Assembly (NCBI GenBank): GCA_951406725.2 | Contig: OX597838.1 | Span: 22,692,001 to 22,756,000, forward strand | Direction of reading: 5' to 3' | DNA length: 64,000 bases | DNA from: Octopus vulgaris | Lineage: Eukaryota | Shown: positions 1 to 12,546 of the stretch, piece after piece | Position numbering within the stretch: the stretch's first letter is position 1 | Layout: every line of letters begins with the position of its first letter | Notes under the pieces: model-generated | The model's database searches: none | Seen by the model: only the letters and a program-made list of their open reading frames with translations | Told to the model about the DNA's origin: nothing | Program-made: the position numbers and the translations under genes

Positions 1-96
1 AATATAAAACGGAGAAAGTAGACAAAATGAAGGATAATAAAAGAGAAAGATATGTGTGTATGTGTGTAAAGATATGTGTGTGCGTGTGTTCATATC

Positions 97-169
<73 letters not shown>

Positions 170-378
170 GTATGTATACAATATATAGTATATATAAATA
201 TATATATCCACATGAATGTATAACTATGGTAATATGTGCATACGTATGTATTAATGCACATACCCGTACTATATATGCATATATATTTATACATTCGCAT
301 GTATCTGTGTTTATGAGCATGTGTATACGTACAAATAAATATGTAGGCACAAACGCATGCATAGATAAGGCTGATAAA

Positions 379-693
<315 letters not shown>

Positions 694-2614
694 TAAGTGG
701 CTAATTAGCTTTATAATTCAATTTAAACTGGTGTAACATCCAGCCTAGATTTCTGTTATGCCTCAGTAACTAATATTTTCTGCTTACTTTCGCTTTTATT
801 TGTTTATATATGATTGTGTGCACACGTGCACATGTGTTAGTACGCCTGCGCAACTCTGAGTGTGTGTGTATGTGCATGTGTGTGCATGCGTGTGTTTTGG
901 AACGTTTAAGCAGTCACGTGTATATATGTGCATGTGAGTATCTGTCTGACATACAAAAATACATACATACAAAAATACATACATACATTCATACATACAT
1001 ACTTACATAGCAATAGGTATGTACGATCTAGGGATCCATGTCTGGGAAGTTAGTAACCTTGAAGCATTAAGGGGCTAGTATAGATGAATAAAAGTAGACA
1101 ATCTATAATAATTCTTCTTTTCAGTGCGTTATTAGCCCGTCGGTAACGCTTTCACATGATTAGAGAAAAAGAGGGAGAAAGAAAAGAGGGAAAGAGAAAA
1201 AGAGAATAAATACAGCGTGAGGCACAAAGAAGGAGAAAGAAATAGAGGGTGAGAGAAAAGATGGAGAGAGAAGCGTCCATGACATATGGTAGAGGGAAGG
1301 TAATATTTATTAATTGGCTAAAAAAGTTAGTTGAAGGTAGTGATGTAGAGGAGAGTTGGGAATATAATTTTAGCAGAGGGATGATGTTCTGATGGTGAGA
1401 CTAAAAAAGGCGGAGAGAGAGAGGGAGACAGAGAGCTGGTTGTGGTGGTGGTAGAGGTAGTGATTGCATAGTAAAAAGTAATTTCTTATCACCTTACACG
1501 AAGAACATAGTCCGCAAAGAAGTATTAGATTGAAAGGTGTACACAAATTGAAATGTCTATTGGCTCTGACCTATCGCCTTGGCTTATAAGTTACCAACGA
1601 TGTGGTTTTCAGAGTATGCCACGTTGCATTTAATTTTTACTCCCGTGAAATTGTAACACTTATATTTTACATATAAAATTATCACTTTTTTACTATAAAA
1701 TTTTTGTTTTCTAGAAATGAAATTGTGACCATGTAGACTTTAAAATGTAATTTTTTCCGTTTGTGAGAAAAATGGAAAAACAACTGAATATTTATTTTAT
1801 GAAGGCTGTGTATTAAGTCTATAAAATTGTGCGTAAAGTATATAAAGTGCATTAAGTAATCATCGTATTCCAATTCCTTTCACTTTTCAATGAAAAGCTG
1901 ATGAGTGACTGTCTTTTGATATGGACACAACACAGGCTACGCTTTCAGGTTTTTTTGGATAAAGTTTTCGGGAATAACCCAATAGGTCTACCATTAATTC
2001 TGTGAAATATTCACGGGCTCCAATAGTTTACGATATTATATTTAGCAATATCGGAAATTAACACTTCTTCCTATTCTAATTTAGAAGGAATTCCAATAAG
2101 CTGACTGTCCCCATACAAATCATGGTTGAGCAACTAGGAAGTAGGAAATTAGTAGCACACACACACACACACATACATACATCTATACATAAGTACGTAC
2201 ACCCACATACATGCTTAATGGTTGTCTACGCGTTAGACGAACAGGACTATCGCTGACTGACTTCTAATTGATTTTTCCTACAAATGTAGGATTGACAGTG
2301 AAGCTGGCGAGGGACTTACAGAGTTTGTCGCAAAAACTGCAAACTAAATCCGTCTTTTCGACCTAACGGTTAGGCCTCTCAGATCCTTATGGGTTTCAAA
2401 TAACTTGTGGGACTGGGGCGGCTCTTGCAGACATTGTCACATACATTAGAGCTTCTCAAACTACCTGATGTGGCGTACAGGCAGTTTTTTTTTCCACCCA
2501 ATGTGCCAGGGACCGGTAATATTTCTTAGTAATATTAATTTATACCGGAAACAATATATAAGATAGAAATATTATTATTTCTAAATCTCTTTCCGTAACT
2601 TAGCGGGTCAGCAA

Positions 2615-2647
<33 letters not shown>

Positions 2648-2648
<1 letters not shown>

Positions 2649-3035
2649 GCGCAGGAATGGCTGTGTGGTAAGTAGCTTGCTTACCAACCACGTGGTTCCG
2701 GGTTCAGTCTCACGGCATAGCACCTTGGGCAAGTATCTTCTACTATAGCCTCGGGCCGACCAAAGCCTTGTGAGTGGATTTGGTAGACGGAAACTGAAAG
2801 AAGCCCGTCGTATATATATGTGTGTGTGTGTCTGTGTTTGTCCCCCCCCCCCCAACATCACTTGACAACCGATGCTGGTGCGTTTATGTCTCCATAATTT
2901 AGCAGTTCGGCAAAGAAGAAACCGATAGAATAAGTACTAGGCTTACAAAGAATAAGTCATGGGGTCCATTTGTTTGACTAAAGGTGGTGCACCAGCATGG
3001 CCGCAGTCAAAAGACTGGAACAAGTAAAAGAAAAA
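2648..3035 (+). mobile_element. tRNA-derived CORE-like SINE (family A), full length
   Basis: A-box TGGCTGTGTGGTAAG, B-box-like GGTTCAGTC, CORE-like CACCTTGGGCAAGT, internal (TA)/(TG) tract, tail CCAGCATGGCCGCAGTC..AACAAGTAAAAGA. More than 12 copies in the window. Confidence 0.85.
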
Positions 3036-3089
3036 AAGTATATATATATACATATATATGTATATATATATACACATATATATGTATTG

Positions 3090-3123
<34 letters not shown>

Positions 3124-3214
3124 TGCAGTCACATAGAGAAGGAAAGAAAAGAGAGAGATACAGACTTGGGAATGGAATATTTCATGTATAGATATTTGTT
3201 TGTGTATGTATGTA

Positions 3215-3317
<103 letters not shown>

Positions 3318-3425
3318 CGCATGCGTGTGAGAGAGAGAGAGAACAGGAGAGCAACAGAGAGAGTGGGAGAGGAAAAGTGAATAATAAAAAAAGTATGCTG
3401 GTAAAGGAAGAAAAGTTAGAAGCGT

Positions 3426-3506
3426 GGCTTACGGCAGGGCTTATGGATTATGACATAAGGCTTATGACTGAAGCTTATGACTAACGCTTATGACTAACGC
3501 TTATGA
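3426..3506. repeat. Short ~13-bp tandem repeat (GCTTATGACTAAC)
   Basis: About six degenerate copies of GCTTATGA-N5. Confidence 0.7.
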
Positions 3507-3581
3507 ATAAGGAGTTGGCAACGACAAAACAAAACCAACACATTCCGGTTGCTAGCCTTCAAATAGCAGCTACCCGTTTTC

Positions 3582-3621
<40 letters not shown>

Positions 3622-3794
3622 CGCACACACCTGTATTGTGCGATGATGACACAGCTGGTCGAAAATTCGAAGTCACTGTCAGCAGCATCCTTGTCTAAGA
3701 ATAATAAATTTGTACTCTACAAAAAGTACAGGGCGACCCCCATCTGATTAATGTAAAATTGCTTTTGTTACAACTGGACGTAAAATCAAATATT

Positions 3795-3950
3795 AATGGC
3801 AGAAGAATCGTTGCTGCGCCGGACAAAATACTTAACGACATTTCGTCCGTCTTTACGTTCTGAGTTCATATTCCGCGGAGTTCAAATCTGCCTTCCGTTC
3901 TATCACTGGGGTCGATGTAAAATTGTTGGCCTTATGCCAAAATTTGAAAG
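3795..3950 (+). mobile_element. SINE family B, diverged and internally deleted
   Basis: TGGCAGAA head, TTCTGAGTTCA B-box region, tail GGCCTTATGCCAAAATTTGAAA. Confidence 0.7.
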
Positions 3951-3953
3951 CTA

Positions 3954-4021
<68 letters not shown>

Positions 4022-4042
4022 AATATATACTTACACACATAT

Positions 4043-4103
<61 letters not shown>

Positions 4104-4131
<28 letters not shown>

Positions 4132-5036
4132 TGTATGTATGTATGTATGAATGCATGTATGTGCATATGTACGCATGTATGTATGTACGTATGTATGTAA
4201 GTACGTATGTATGTACGTATGTACGTATGTATGTATGTACGTATGTATATATGTATGCATCTATGTACCTATGTACGTATGTATGCATGTACGTATATAT
4301 GTATGTATGTATTATGTACGTACGTATGTATGTATTATGTATGTACGTACGTATGTATGTATGTATGTATGTATGTATGTATGCACGTATATATATATAT
4401 ATGTATGTATGTACGTATGTATGTATGTACGTATGTATGTGTGTAATTTTAAGAGTAAATTTTAACCGGCCACCTTCAATTTTTAAATTCTAAGAAGGTT
4501 TTGCAGATTTTTTATGGTCCCAGATATCGTGATCATTTGTAGAGTAAGAATTAAGGATTTGCATTCCGTCCCCTTAGATCCCATCTTCAGCCATACTTTG
4601 CCCCAGAGGGATTGGTATGGACCTGAAAGTGTATCATTAGTATGTATGTATGTATGTATGTATGTATGTATGTATGTATGTATGTATGTATGTATGTATG
4701 TATGTACGTATGAATGTATGTATGTATGTATGTATGTATGTATGTATGTATGTATGTACGTATGAATGTATGTATGTATGTATGTATGTATGTATGCATA
4801 TATGCATGTATGTATGTATGTATGTATGTATGTACGTATGTATGTATGTATGTATGTACGTATGTATGTATGTACGTATGAATGTATGTATTATGTATGA
4901 ATGTATGTATGTATGTATGTATGTATGCATATATGCATGTGTGTATGTATGTATGTATGTATGTATGTACGTATGAATGTATGTATGTATGTATGTGTTT
5001 ATGTATGTATGTATGTATGTATGTATGTACGTATGA

Positions 5037-5069
<33 letters not shown>

Positions 5070-5372
5070 TGTACGTATGTATGTATGTACGTATGAATGT
5101 ATGTATGTATGTATGAATGTATGTATGTATGTATGTATGTATGCATATATGCATGTGTGTATGTATGTATGTATGTATGTAAGTATGAATGTATGTATGT
5201 ATGTATGTGTTTATGTATGTATGTATGTATGTATGAATGTATGTATGTATGTATGTATGTATGTATATATATATGAATGTATGTATGTATGTATGTATGT
5301 ACGTATGAATGTATGTATGTATGTATGAATGTATGCATGTATGTATGTATGTATGTATGTATGTAGGTATGT
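4104..5372. repeat. (TATG)n compound microsatellite arrays
   Basis: Direct reading. Interrupted by a unique segment at ~4445-4640. Confidence 0.95.
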
Positions 5373-5706
5373 ATCATCTGTTTAGAGATCGATCGATCTA
5401 GCCCTCTATCATTCTCTCTGCCCCACCCCATTCCCATCTAGCTGTCTAAATATCTGCCTATCACTGTCACCCCATCTGTCAATACAGTTTAAGTTAAAAC
5501 ATAAGCCAGCCACAAAACATATATTGTTTACTGTCTGCATTACGATTCTGATATTTTTCTGGCAAAGACGCCATTTTGTTATATGATTTTCTAGCGCAGC
5601 CATAAACCACGCTTAACTACAAGGACACCATTTTCACAATGTGTGTGTGTGTGTGAGAGTATGTGTGGGAGGGAATATAAATCTGTGTGTGTGTATACAT
5701 CCCCCC

Positions 5707-5838
<132 letters not shown>

Positions 5839-5852
5839 ATTTTATAGAAGGA

Positions 5853-5901
5853 GCTTCTACAGGACTAGAACTGTTTCATTCAAAAGAAATCATCAGGAAG
5901 C
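5853..5901 (-). ncRNA. Type I hammerhead ribozyme motif inside an inverted repeat
   Basis: Minus strand GCTTC-CTGATGA-TTTCTTTTGAAT-GAA-ACAG(TTCTAGTC)CTGT-A-GAAGC: stem I 5 bp, intact core, weak stem II, stem III 4 bp, GUA site. Confidence 0.7.
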
Positions 5902-6014
5902 CTGATGAAACAGTTCTAGTCCTGTAGAAGCTCCTTCTATAAAATAAATTAATTTACTCTGCTATCTATTGAGTACCTTATTTACTGTGGTTAACCCCGA
6001 CTCAACCCGGGCCC

Positions 6015-6173
<159 letters not shown>

Positions 6174-6175
6174 CT

Positions 6176-6608
6176 GGCGCAGGCGTGGCTATGTATTAAG
6201 TAGCTTGCTTACCAACCACATGCTTCTGGGTTCAGTCCCTCTGCGTGGCACCTTGGGCAAGCGTCTTCAACAATTGCTTTGTGAGTTCTACTAGAAGCCT
6301 TGTGAGTGGATTCAGTAGATGGAGACTGAAAGAATGCCGTCGTGTATTTAAATATATGTATGTGTGTTTATGTGTGTGTTAGCGTTTGTGTATGTGTGTA
6401 TGAGGTGTATCTTTGGCCACTGATATTAGTGGTGGTATGATTACGTTCCCGGAATATTAGCGGTTCAGCAAAAGGAAGCTATAGAATAAGTACTAGGCTT
6501 ACAAAGAATAAGTCCTTGGGTCGATTCATTCGACTAAAGGCGGTGCTCCAGCGCGGCCGCAGTCCAAATGACTGAAACAAGTTAAACTGTAAAAGAAAAA
6601 GTAAAAGA
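6176..6608 (+). mobile_element. SINE family A
   Basis: Head, CORE-like block and tail match 2648-3035. Confidence 0.8.
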
Positions 6609-6769
6609 ATATTTATGTGTGTGTGTATGTGTATGTGTGTGTGTGTGTATATATATATATGTGTGTTTTTTTTTCCAAGCAAATTAGCTACATCAGCTTA
6701 CCGACATTTCATTTACAATCTAAAACACCAGAAAGCAGATTACATTGTCACAGATATATGTGGGGGGGG

Positions 6770-7228
6770 GGAGAAGCTGGCTTCACAACTACATGCTTCT
6801 GGGTTCAGTCCCTCTTCGTGGCACTTTGGGAAAGCGTCTTCAACTATTGCTTTGTGAGTTCTACTAGAAGCCTTGTGAGTGGATTCTGTAGATGGAGACT
6901 GAAAGAATCCCGTCGTGTATTTAAATATATGTATGTGTGTTTATGTGTGTGATAGCGTTTGTGTATGTGTGTATGAGGTGTATCTCTGTGTTTCTGTCAC
7001 ATTCGTCCCCACCACCACCACCACTTGATGGCCGGTGGTGATTACGTTCCCGTATGATTACGTTCCCGGAACATTACCGGTTCGGCAAAAGGAAGCCTAT
7101 AGAATATGTAACCAGAATTCAAAATTCAATACTCGATGTACTTGGGTCGATTTGTCCGACTAAACTCTACGTGGCGGCGCCCCAGCATGGGCGCAGACCA
7201 ATGACTGCAACAAGGAAAAGAAAAAATA
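6770..7228 (+). mobile_element. SINE family A, diverged; shares private sequence with the 6176 copy
   Basis: Both copies carry TTGCTTTGTGAGTTCTACTAGAAGCC and the same TG-rich middle. Confidence 0.7.
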
Positions 7229-7319
7229 AATGATAAAAGTCGAAACGCAAAAGTACGTTCTTCCTCCAAGATTCCAAGATCAACGATTCTGTGATCCGGG
7301 CGAGTTTGATACATACCCT

Positions 7320-7615
7320 CCTTGAAGCGGGTGGAATTCTTCACGTACGTTGTTGACTTTCCTGCTGATGGGTTGATTAAATCGACAAGGAAGCGGCTCA
7401 GTGGATGACATGCTGGACCTCTACAGTTCACTTTAGTTCTTAATGAAATACCATCCTTGTGAATTTTAGGGAGACCGTACATGTGTGGGAGTTTACTGTA
7501 GTGTTGAGTCAGCAGTCTGTACTTCATTAGTGTAAAGTGATCCTTGTTCTTGATCAAGATCTGTGACAACTTCCTCTCTGTTTTCAAAGTAAGGTCTTTC
7601 TTTACTTTAATAGTA
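7320..7615 (-). mobile_element. Penelope-like element reverse transcriptase fragment
   Basis: Translation LPHMYGLPKIHKDGISLRTKVNCRGPACHPLSRFLVDLINPSAGKSTTYVKNS matches the PLE RT motif YGLPKxHK...LRPIV...VKNS. Confidence 0.85.
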
Positions 7616-7711
7616 AGTCTTATAAAGTCTTCTTTACTTTATAGCAAGTCTTATAAATGAGGCTATATTTATAAGACTTGCCAATTTTTTCGAGTATGGC
7701 GTAGTGGTTAT

Positions 7712-7790
7712 GGCATATGGCGTAGTGGTTAAGAGCGCGGGCTACTAACCCCAAGATTCCGAGTTCGATTCCGGCAGTATAATAATAATA

Positions 7791-7860
<70 letters not shown>

Positions 7861-7880
7861 TCCAGGCAGTGACCTGAATA
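7712..7880 (+). mobile_element. Short tRNA-derived SINE or tRNA pseudogene with (AAT)n
   Basis: TGGCGTAGTGGTTAAG A-box, GGGCTACTAACCC anticodon-like arm, GAGTTCGATTCC B-box. No acceptor stem; followed by AAT repeats. Confidence 0.65.
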
Positions 7881-7892
7881 ATAATAATAATG

Positions 7893-7937
<45 letters not shown>

Positions 7938-7961
7938 TAATAATAATAATAATAATAATAA

Positions 7962-8097
7962 TACACTGCACACATCCTACGCAAAACACTTTCAATACAG
8001 TAACCATAAGAGCATCAAACCAAACCACAGCACATACCCAAGGCACACAGAGCTGCGCTCGGCAGTGAAGTGAAAGCACGCTATAAAAATAAAACTA

Positions 8098-8101
<4 letters not shown>
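7962..8101 (+). mobile_element. 3' end of a restriction-like-endonuclease (R4/Dong-like) non-LTR retrotransposon
   Basis: Reads TAHILRKTLSIQ* then a short 3'UTR; flanked on both sides by (AAT)n. Confidence 0.6.
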
Positions 8102-8180
<79 letters not shown>

Positions 8181-8230
8181 CATCGAAAAGTACCTTAGGA
8201 ATGAGAACCCAGGTTCGAATTTTTCCCCAA

Positions 8231-8276
8231 GACACCTGATGATGGCTGGAGGGTATATCAGCCGAAACGTAGTGTT
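8231..8276 (+). ncRNA. Minimal type I hammerhead ribozyme (Penelope pLTR-like)
   Basis: GACAC-CTGATGA-T-GGCTG(GAGGGTATAT)CAGCC-GAA-ACGT-A-GTGTT. Palindromic ACGT stem III, GUA site. Confidence 0.8.
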
Positions 8277-8826
8277 TACAACGAATAAGATGAAGACAAA
8301 TATCCGTCGAATGTAAATTAATGTAAACAATGTAAATACTCAATGTACTTGGGTCGACTTGTCCGACTAAACTGTACGAGGCGGCGCCCCAGCATGGGCG
8401 CAGACCAATGACTGCAACAAGTAAAAGAAAAGCAAAAGTACGTTCTCTTTCTCCAAGATTCCAAGATCAACGATTCTGTGATCCGGACGAGTTTGGTACA
8501 TACCTTCCTTCTGCATTTTTTTTTTTTTTTTTTTTTTGCAAACCACAATGATATCACGTGATCAGCCGAGTCTCCCAGCTGAACATGGTTTTATTTTATG
8601 ATTCCAAACAACAGTATCAGATTGCTTTTTCGTTTATTTTTTATTGTTTTTTTTATTTTTCTGTAATTCTTTGTTGCTGCTTGCTTTCATTCTTTGGTTC
8701 CACCAATATTCTTTTGATCCATTAATCTCATATATATATATATACGTCTTTATTCGTTGTTGCGTATTTTCTTTCTTGCTCTTTTCTAGATTGCTCTGGC
8801 TACAACCACACCGGGGATATTTGTGT

Positions 8827-8938
<112 letters not shown>

Positions 8939-9000
8939 CAGGCAAACAGACAGAGACAGACAGAGATTTATAAGTGTATGTGTGTGAGTGAATGTGTGTA

Positions 9001-9031
<31 letters not shown>

Positions 9032-9375
9032 TTGTATGAGTGTATGTATGTGTGAGTGTGTGCGTATGTGTGTAAGAGAGAGAGACAGACAAACAGACAG
9101 AGACACAGACAGACAGTGATTGTATGAGTGTATGTGTGTGAGTATGTGTGAGTGAATGTGTGTAAGAGAGAGAGACAGACAGACAGATTGTGTGAGTGTA
9201 TGTGCGTGTGAGTGTGTGTGTGTGTGTAAGAGAGAGAGACAGACAGATTGTGTGAATGTGTGTGTATGTGCGTGTGTGTGTGCGTGTTAGTATATATGCT
9301 TATCTCGATATTAAATAGCTGCAGCTATTTACCTTTGTTGATTTAAATTCAAATAATCTACGTATTACTGGCTGA

Positions 9376-9421
<46 letters not shown>

Positions 9422-9458
9422 AAGTCAAGTTAGTAATGTCAGCATGTCTCTGTATGTA

Positions 9459-9517
<59 letters not shown>

Positions 9518-9552
9518 GTACTTACCTTGATTATTACATAAATGGTTCAGAC

Positions 9553-9740
9553 AGCGAGCCGGCAGAGTCTTTAGCATTCCGGAAGAAATGCTTAGCGGCA
9601 TTTCGTCCGTCTTTACGCTCTGTATTCAAATTTGCCTTTCATACTTTCGGGGTCGATAAATTAGGTACCAGTAAAATACTGGGGTTGATATAATAGACTT
9701 TGTCTCTCTCCCCCGAAACTGCTGGCCTTGTGCCAAAAGC
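9553..9740 (+). mobile_element. SINE family B, internally deleted
   Basis: GAAATGCTTAGCGGCATTTCG, GCCTTTCAT..TTTCGGGGTCGATAAA, tail GCTGGCCTTGTGCCAAAA. Confidence 0.75.
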
Positions 9741-10004
9741 TTACATGAATGATTAAATGGTTGTAAGCGTGTATGTATGCGTCGATGTATGTATGTATGT
9801 ATGTATGTATGTATGTATGTATGTATGTATGTATGTATGCGTGTGTTTTTATGTATGCATGTAGGTGTGCGTATGTATATATGTATGTGTATATGTATGT
9901 ACGTATGTATGCATGTATGTGTCTATGTGCATGTATGTATATGTGTATATTACGTGTGTAGGTGTGTGTTTGCATGTATGTATGTACACAAGTATGTAAG
10001 TGTG

Positions 10005-10036
<32 letters not shown>

Positions 10037-10414
10037 TGTATGTATGTATGTGTGTATGTGTATGTACGCATGTGTATGTATATATGTGTGTATGCATGCA
10101 TGTATGTATGTGTGTGTTTGTATGTGTATGTATGTATGTATGTATGTGTGTGTGTGTATATATGTACGTGTATATATGTATGTGTGTATGTGTATGTATG
10201 TGTGTATGTGCATGTATATATGAACGTATGTATGTATGTATATGTATGTGTGTATGTATATATATATATATGTATACATGTATGTATGTATGTATGTGTG
10301 TATGTATGTATGTATCTATGCATGTATGTATGTATGTATGTATGTATGTATGTATGTATGTACGTATGTATGTATGTATGTATGTATGTATGTATGTATG
10401 TATTTATGTGTGTA

Positions 10415-10632
10415 TGGTCATTTCAAAATGTAACCACGTGTGTATCGTTGGCGATTTTCTTCCTCCGTCTTCCCTTCTTTTGGACTTTCCTCTATTTCTG
10501 AAGAAGAACTTTGCTCGAAACGTTAAATTCTCTTTCTCTCCTTTCCTGAGTATCTGATAATACATTACTTGTACCACGTCCTCGCGTTGTTTCTTTTTTC
10601 TTCTTCTGTTTGTTCTTCTTTGTTTGGATTCA
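10415..10632 (+). mobile_element. Short Penelope pLTR-like repeat with hammerhead at 10494-10528
   Basis: ATTT-CTGAAGA-A-GAAC(TTT)GCTC-GAA-ACGT-T-AAAT. Related copies at 33780-33980, 54660-54830, 59085-59287. Confidence 0.7.
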
Positions 10633-10849
10633 CAATGTATGTGTGTATGTGTGTATTTATGTACGTCATAATCCAGTTTTATTTCAAAATTTCTTACCGA
10701 TAGTGAAAGAGAAATACGAACAAGAAAAGCATAAAGAAAAACAGACCACGCCTAAAACTAATAAAAAAGTGGAAAACCAAATAAAATACATGTGAAAATA
10801 TGTGGAAACCATTTATTAAAACAGACAGATGTTAAAACAGCGGCTCTGT

Positions 10850-11205
10850 ATGTTGTTGAATTCCAATGAAGGAGCCTTGGATCAAGGTTAGAAACCGGCT
10901 CTTTCTCTATTGGCAAGAAATCTTGAAATAAAACTGAATGACGTACATACATACATACATACATACATACGTACGTACATACATACATATATACATACAT
11001 ACATACATACATACATACATACATACATACATACATACATACATACATACATACATACATACATACATACATACATACATACATACATACATACATAGAA
11101 GTACCCTGTTGTTGATTTTGAAATTCCAATGGAGCCTTGGATCTAGGTTAGAAACCAGCTCTTTCTCTATTGGCAAGAAATCTTGAAATAAAACTGAATA
11201 TTGAC
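10850..11205 (+). mobile_element. Two 3'-terminal fragments (~90-100 bp) of a REL retrotransposon in (CATA)n
   Basis: AATTCCAATG..GAGCCTTGGATC..GGCAAGAAATCTTGAAATAAAACTGAAT..GA followed by CATA repeats at 10850-10941 and 11102-11205. Confidence 0.65.
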
Positions 11206-11223
11206 ATACATACATACATTCAA

Positions 11224-11670
11224 ACCAGATTACAAGTTCAGGTTTATACCTGTAATTATTGGGGCACTGGGATATGTAACACGCTGCCTAAATACCAATC
11301 TTGAGAAATTACGCTTCTCAAAACCAGAAAGGAAAAAGCTAATTCGAAGACTACAGTCCAATCCATCACTGGAAGTGTAAAAATCTGTGAGACTTTCCAG
11401 AAGTTTATCATTTAAATACACATGAGCATGTCTAGATATGCAACTATATGCATGAGAATACGTAATAAAATATACAAATCTGCCCATACATACATACATA
11501 CATACATACATACATACATACATACATACATACATACATACATACATACATACATACATACAAAATACCCTGTTGTTGATGCTGAAATTCCAATGAAGGA
11601 ACCTTGGATCTAGGTTAGAAACCGGTTCTTTTGCTATTGGCAAAAAATCTTGAAATAAACTGAATAATGA
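11224..11670 (+). mobile_element. REL-type (R4/NeSL group) non-LTR retrotransposon 3' end
   Basis: PDYKFRFIPVIIGALGYVTRCLNTNLEKLRF...SITGSVKICETFQKFII* (frameshifted), then 3'UTR, (TACA)n and the same terminal ~100-bp module. Confidence 0.75.
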
Positions 11671-11686
11671 CATACATACATTCACA

Positions 11687-12102
11687 CTCTCTTTTTACTT
11701 GTTTCAGTCATTTAACTGCGGCCATTCTGGAGCACCGCCTTTAGTCGAGGAAATCGACCCCAGGATTTATTCTTTGTTAGCCTAGTACTTATTCTACCGG
11801 TCTCTTTTGCCGAACCGCTAAGTTAAGGGGGCGTAAACACACCAGCATCGGTTGTCAAGCGATGTTAGGGGAGGGACAAACATACAGACACACAAACACA
11901 CACACACATATATATATATATACATATATGCATATATACGACGGGCTTCTTTCCGTTTCCGTCTACCAAATCCAGTCACAAGGCTTTGGTCGTCCCGAGG
12001 CTATAGTAGAAGACACTTGCCCAAGGTGCCACGCAGTGGGACTGAACCCGGAACCATGCGGTTGGGAAGCAAGCTACTTACCACACAGCCACTCCTACGC
12101 CT
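11687..12102 (-). mobile_element. SINE family A, full length
   Basis: Reverse complement of the family A consensus. Confidence 0.85.
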
Positions 12103-12347
12103 ATATACGTTCATACAAATTCAACATTTGGGTTACTAGAGTGGACTCTAGAAGAAATCCGAGGCTTCGGCATGAAGATAACTATTCGATAGTGACACTG
12201 TTTCGTTCTATGTTAAACACGCAGATAGAAACAGAGGTATAAGGTCAAGCTAAACGATCCTTGAGTGCCGCAGCGTATAAGCCAAGCATATCTCGGGCAG
12301 TAAGCGGGAGCAATGAGTACTTCACGGATGCTCAACATCGAGTGTAA

Positions 12348-12520
12348 TGGTTTCAAATTTTGGTTCAAGGCCAGCAATTTCGAGATAACGCGGTCAAGTC
12401 GATTTCATTGATCCCGACACTCAGCTGCTACTTATTTTATCGATATCGAAAGGATGAAAAGCAAAGTCGACCCCGACGGAAGTTGAACTCAGAACGTAAA
12501 GACGGGTGAAATGCCGTTAA
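12348..12520 (-). mobile_element. SINE family B, 5' truncated
   Basis: GAAAGGATGAAAAGCAAAGTCGAC..TTGAACTCAGAACG on the + strand. Confidence 0.75.
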
Positions 12521-12546
12521 ACAATAAACTTGATATTGTCTAGAAG

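Noticed and set aside
1680-2130. Possible decayed transposase or exon on the minus strand
   Set aside because: Multiple stops and no motif I could confirm.
7712-7780. Functional tRNA-Ser(ACT) gene
   Set aside because: No acceptor stem, duplicated A-box and an AAT tail; better explained as a SINE head.
10863-10913. Hammerhead in the CATA-associated module (ATGAAGG...GAAACCGG)
   Set aside because: Core and NUH do not fit in most copies; a simple hairpin explains the pairing better.
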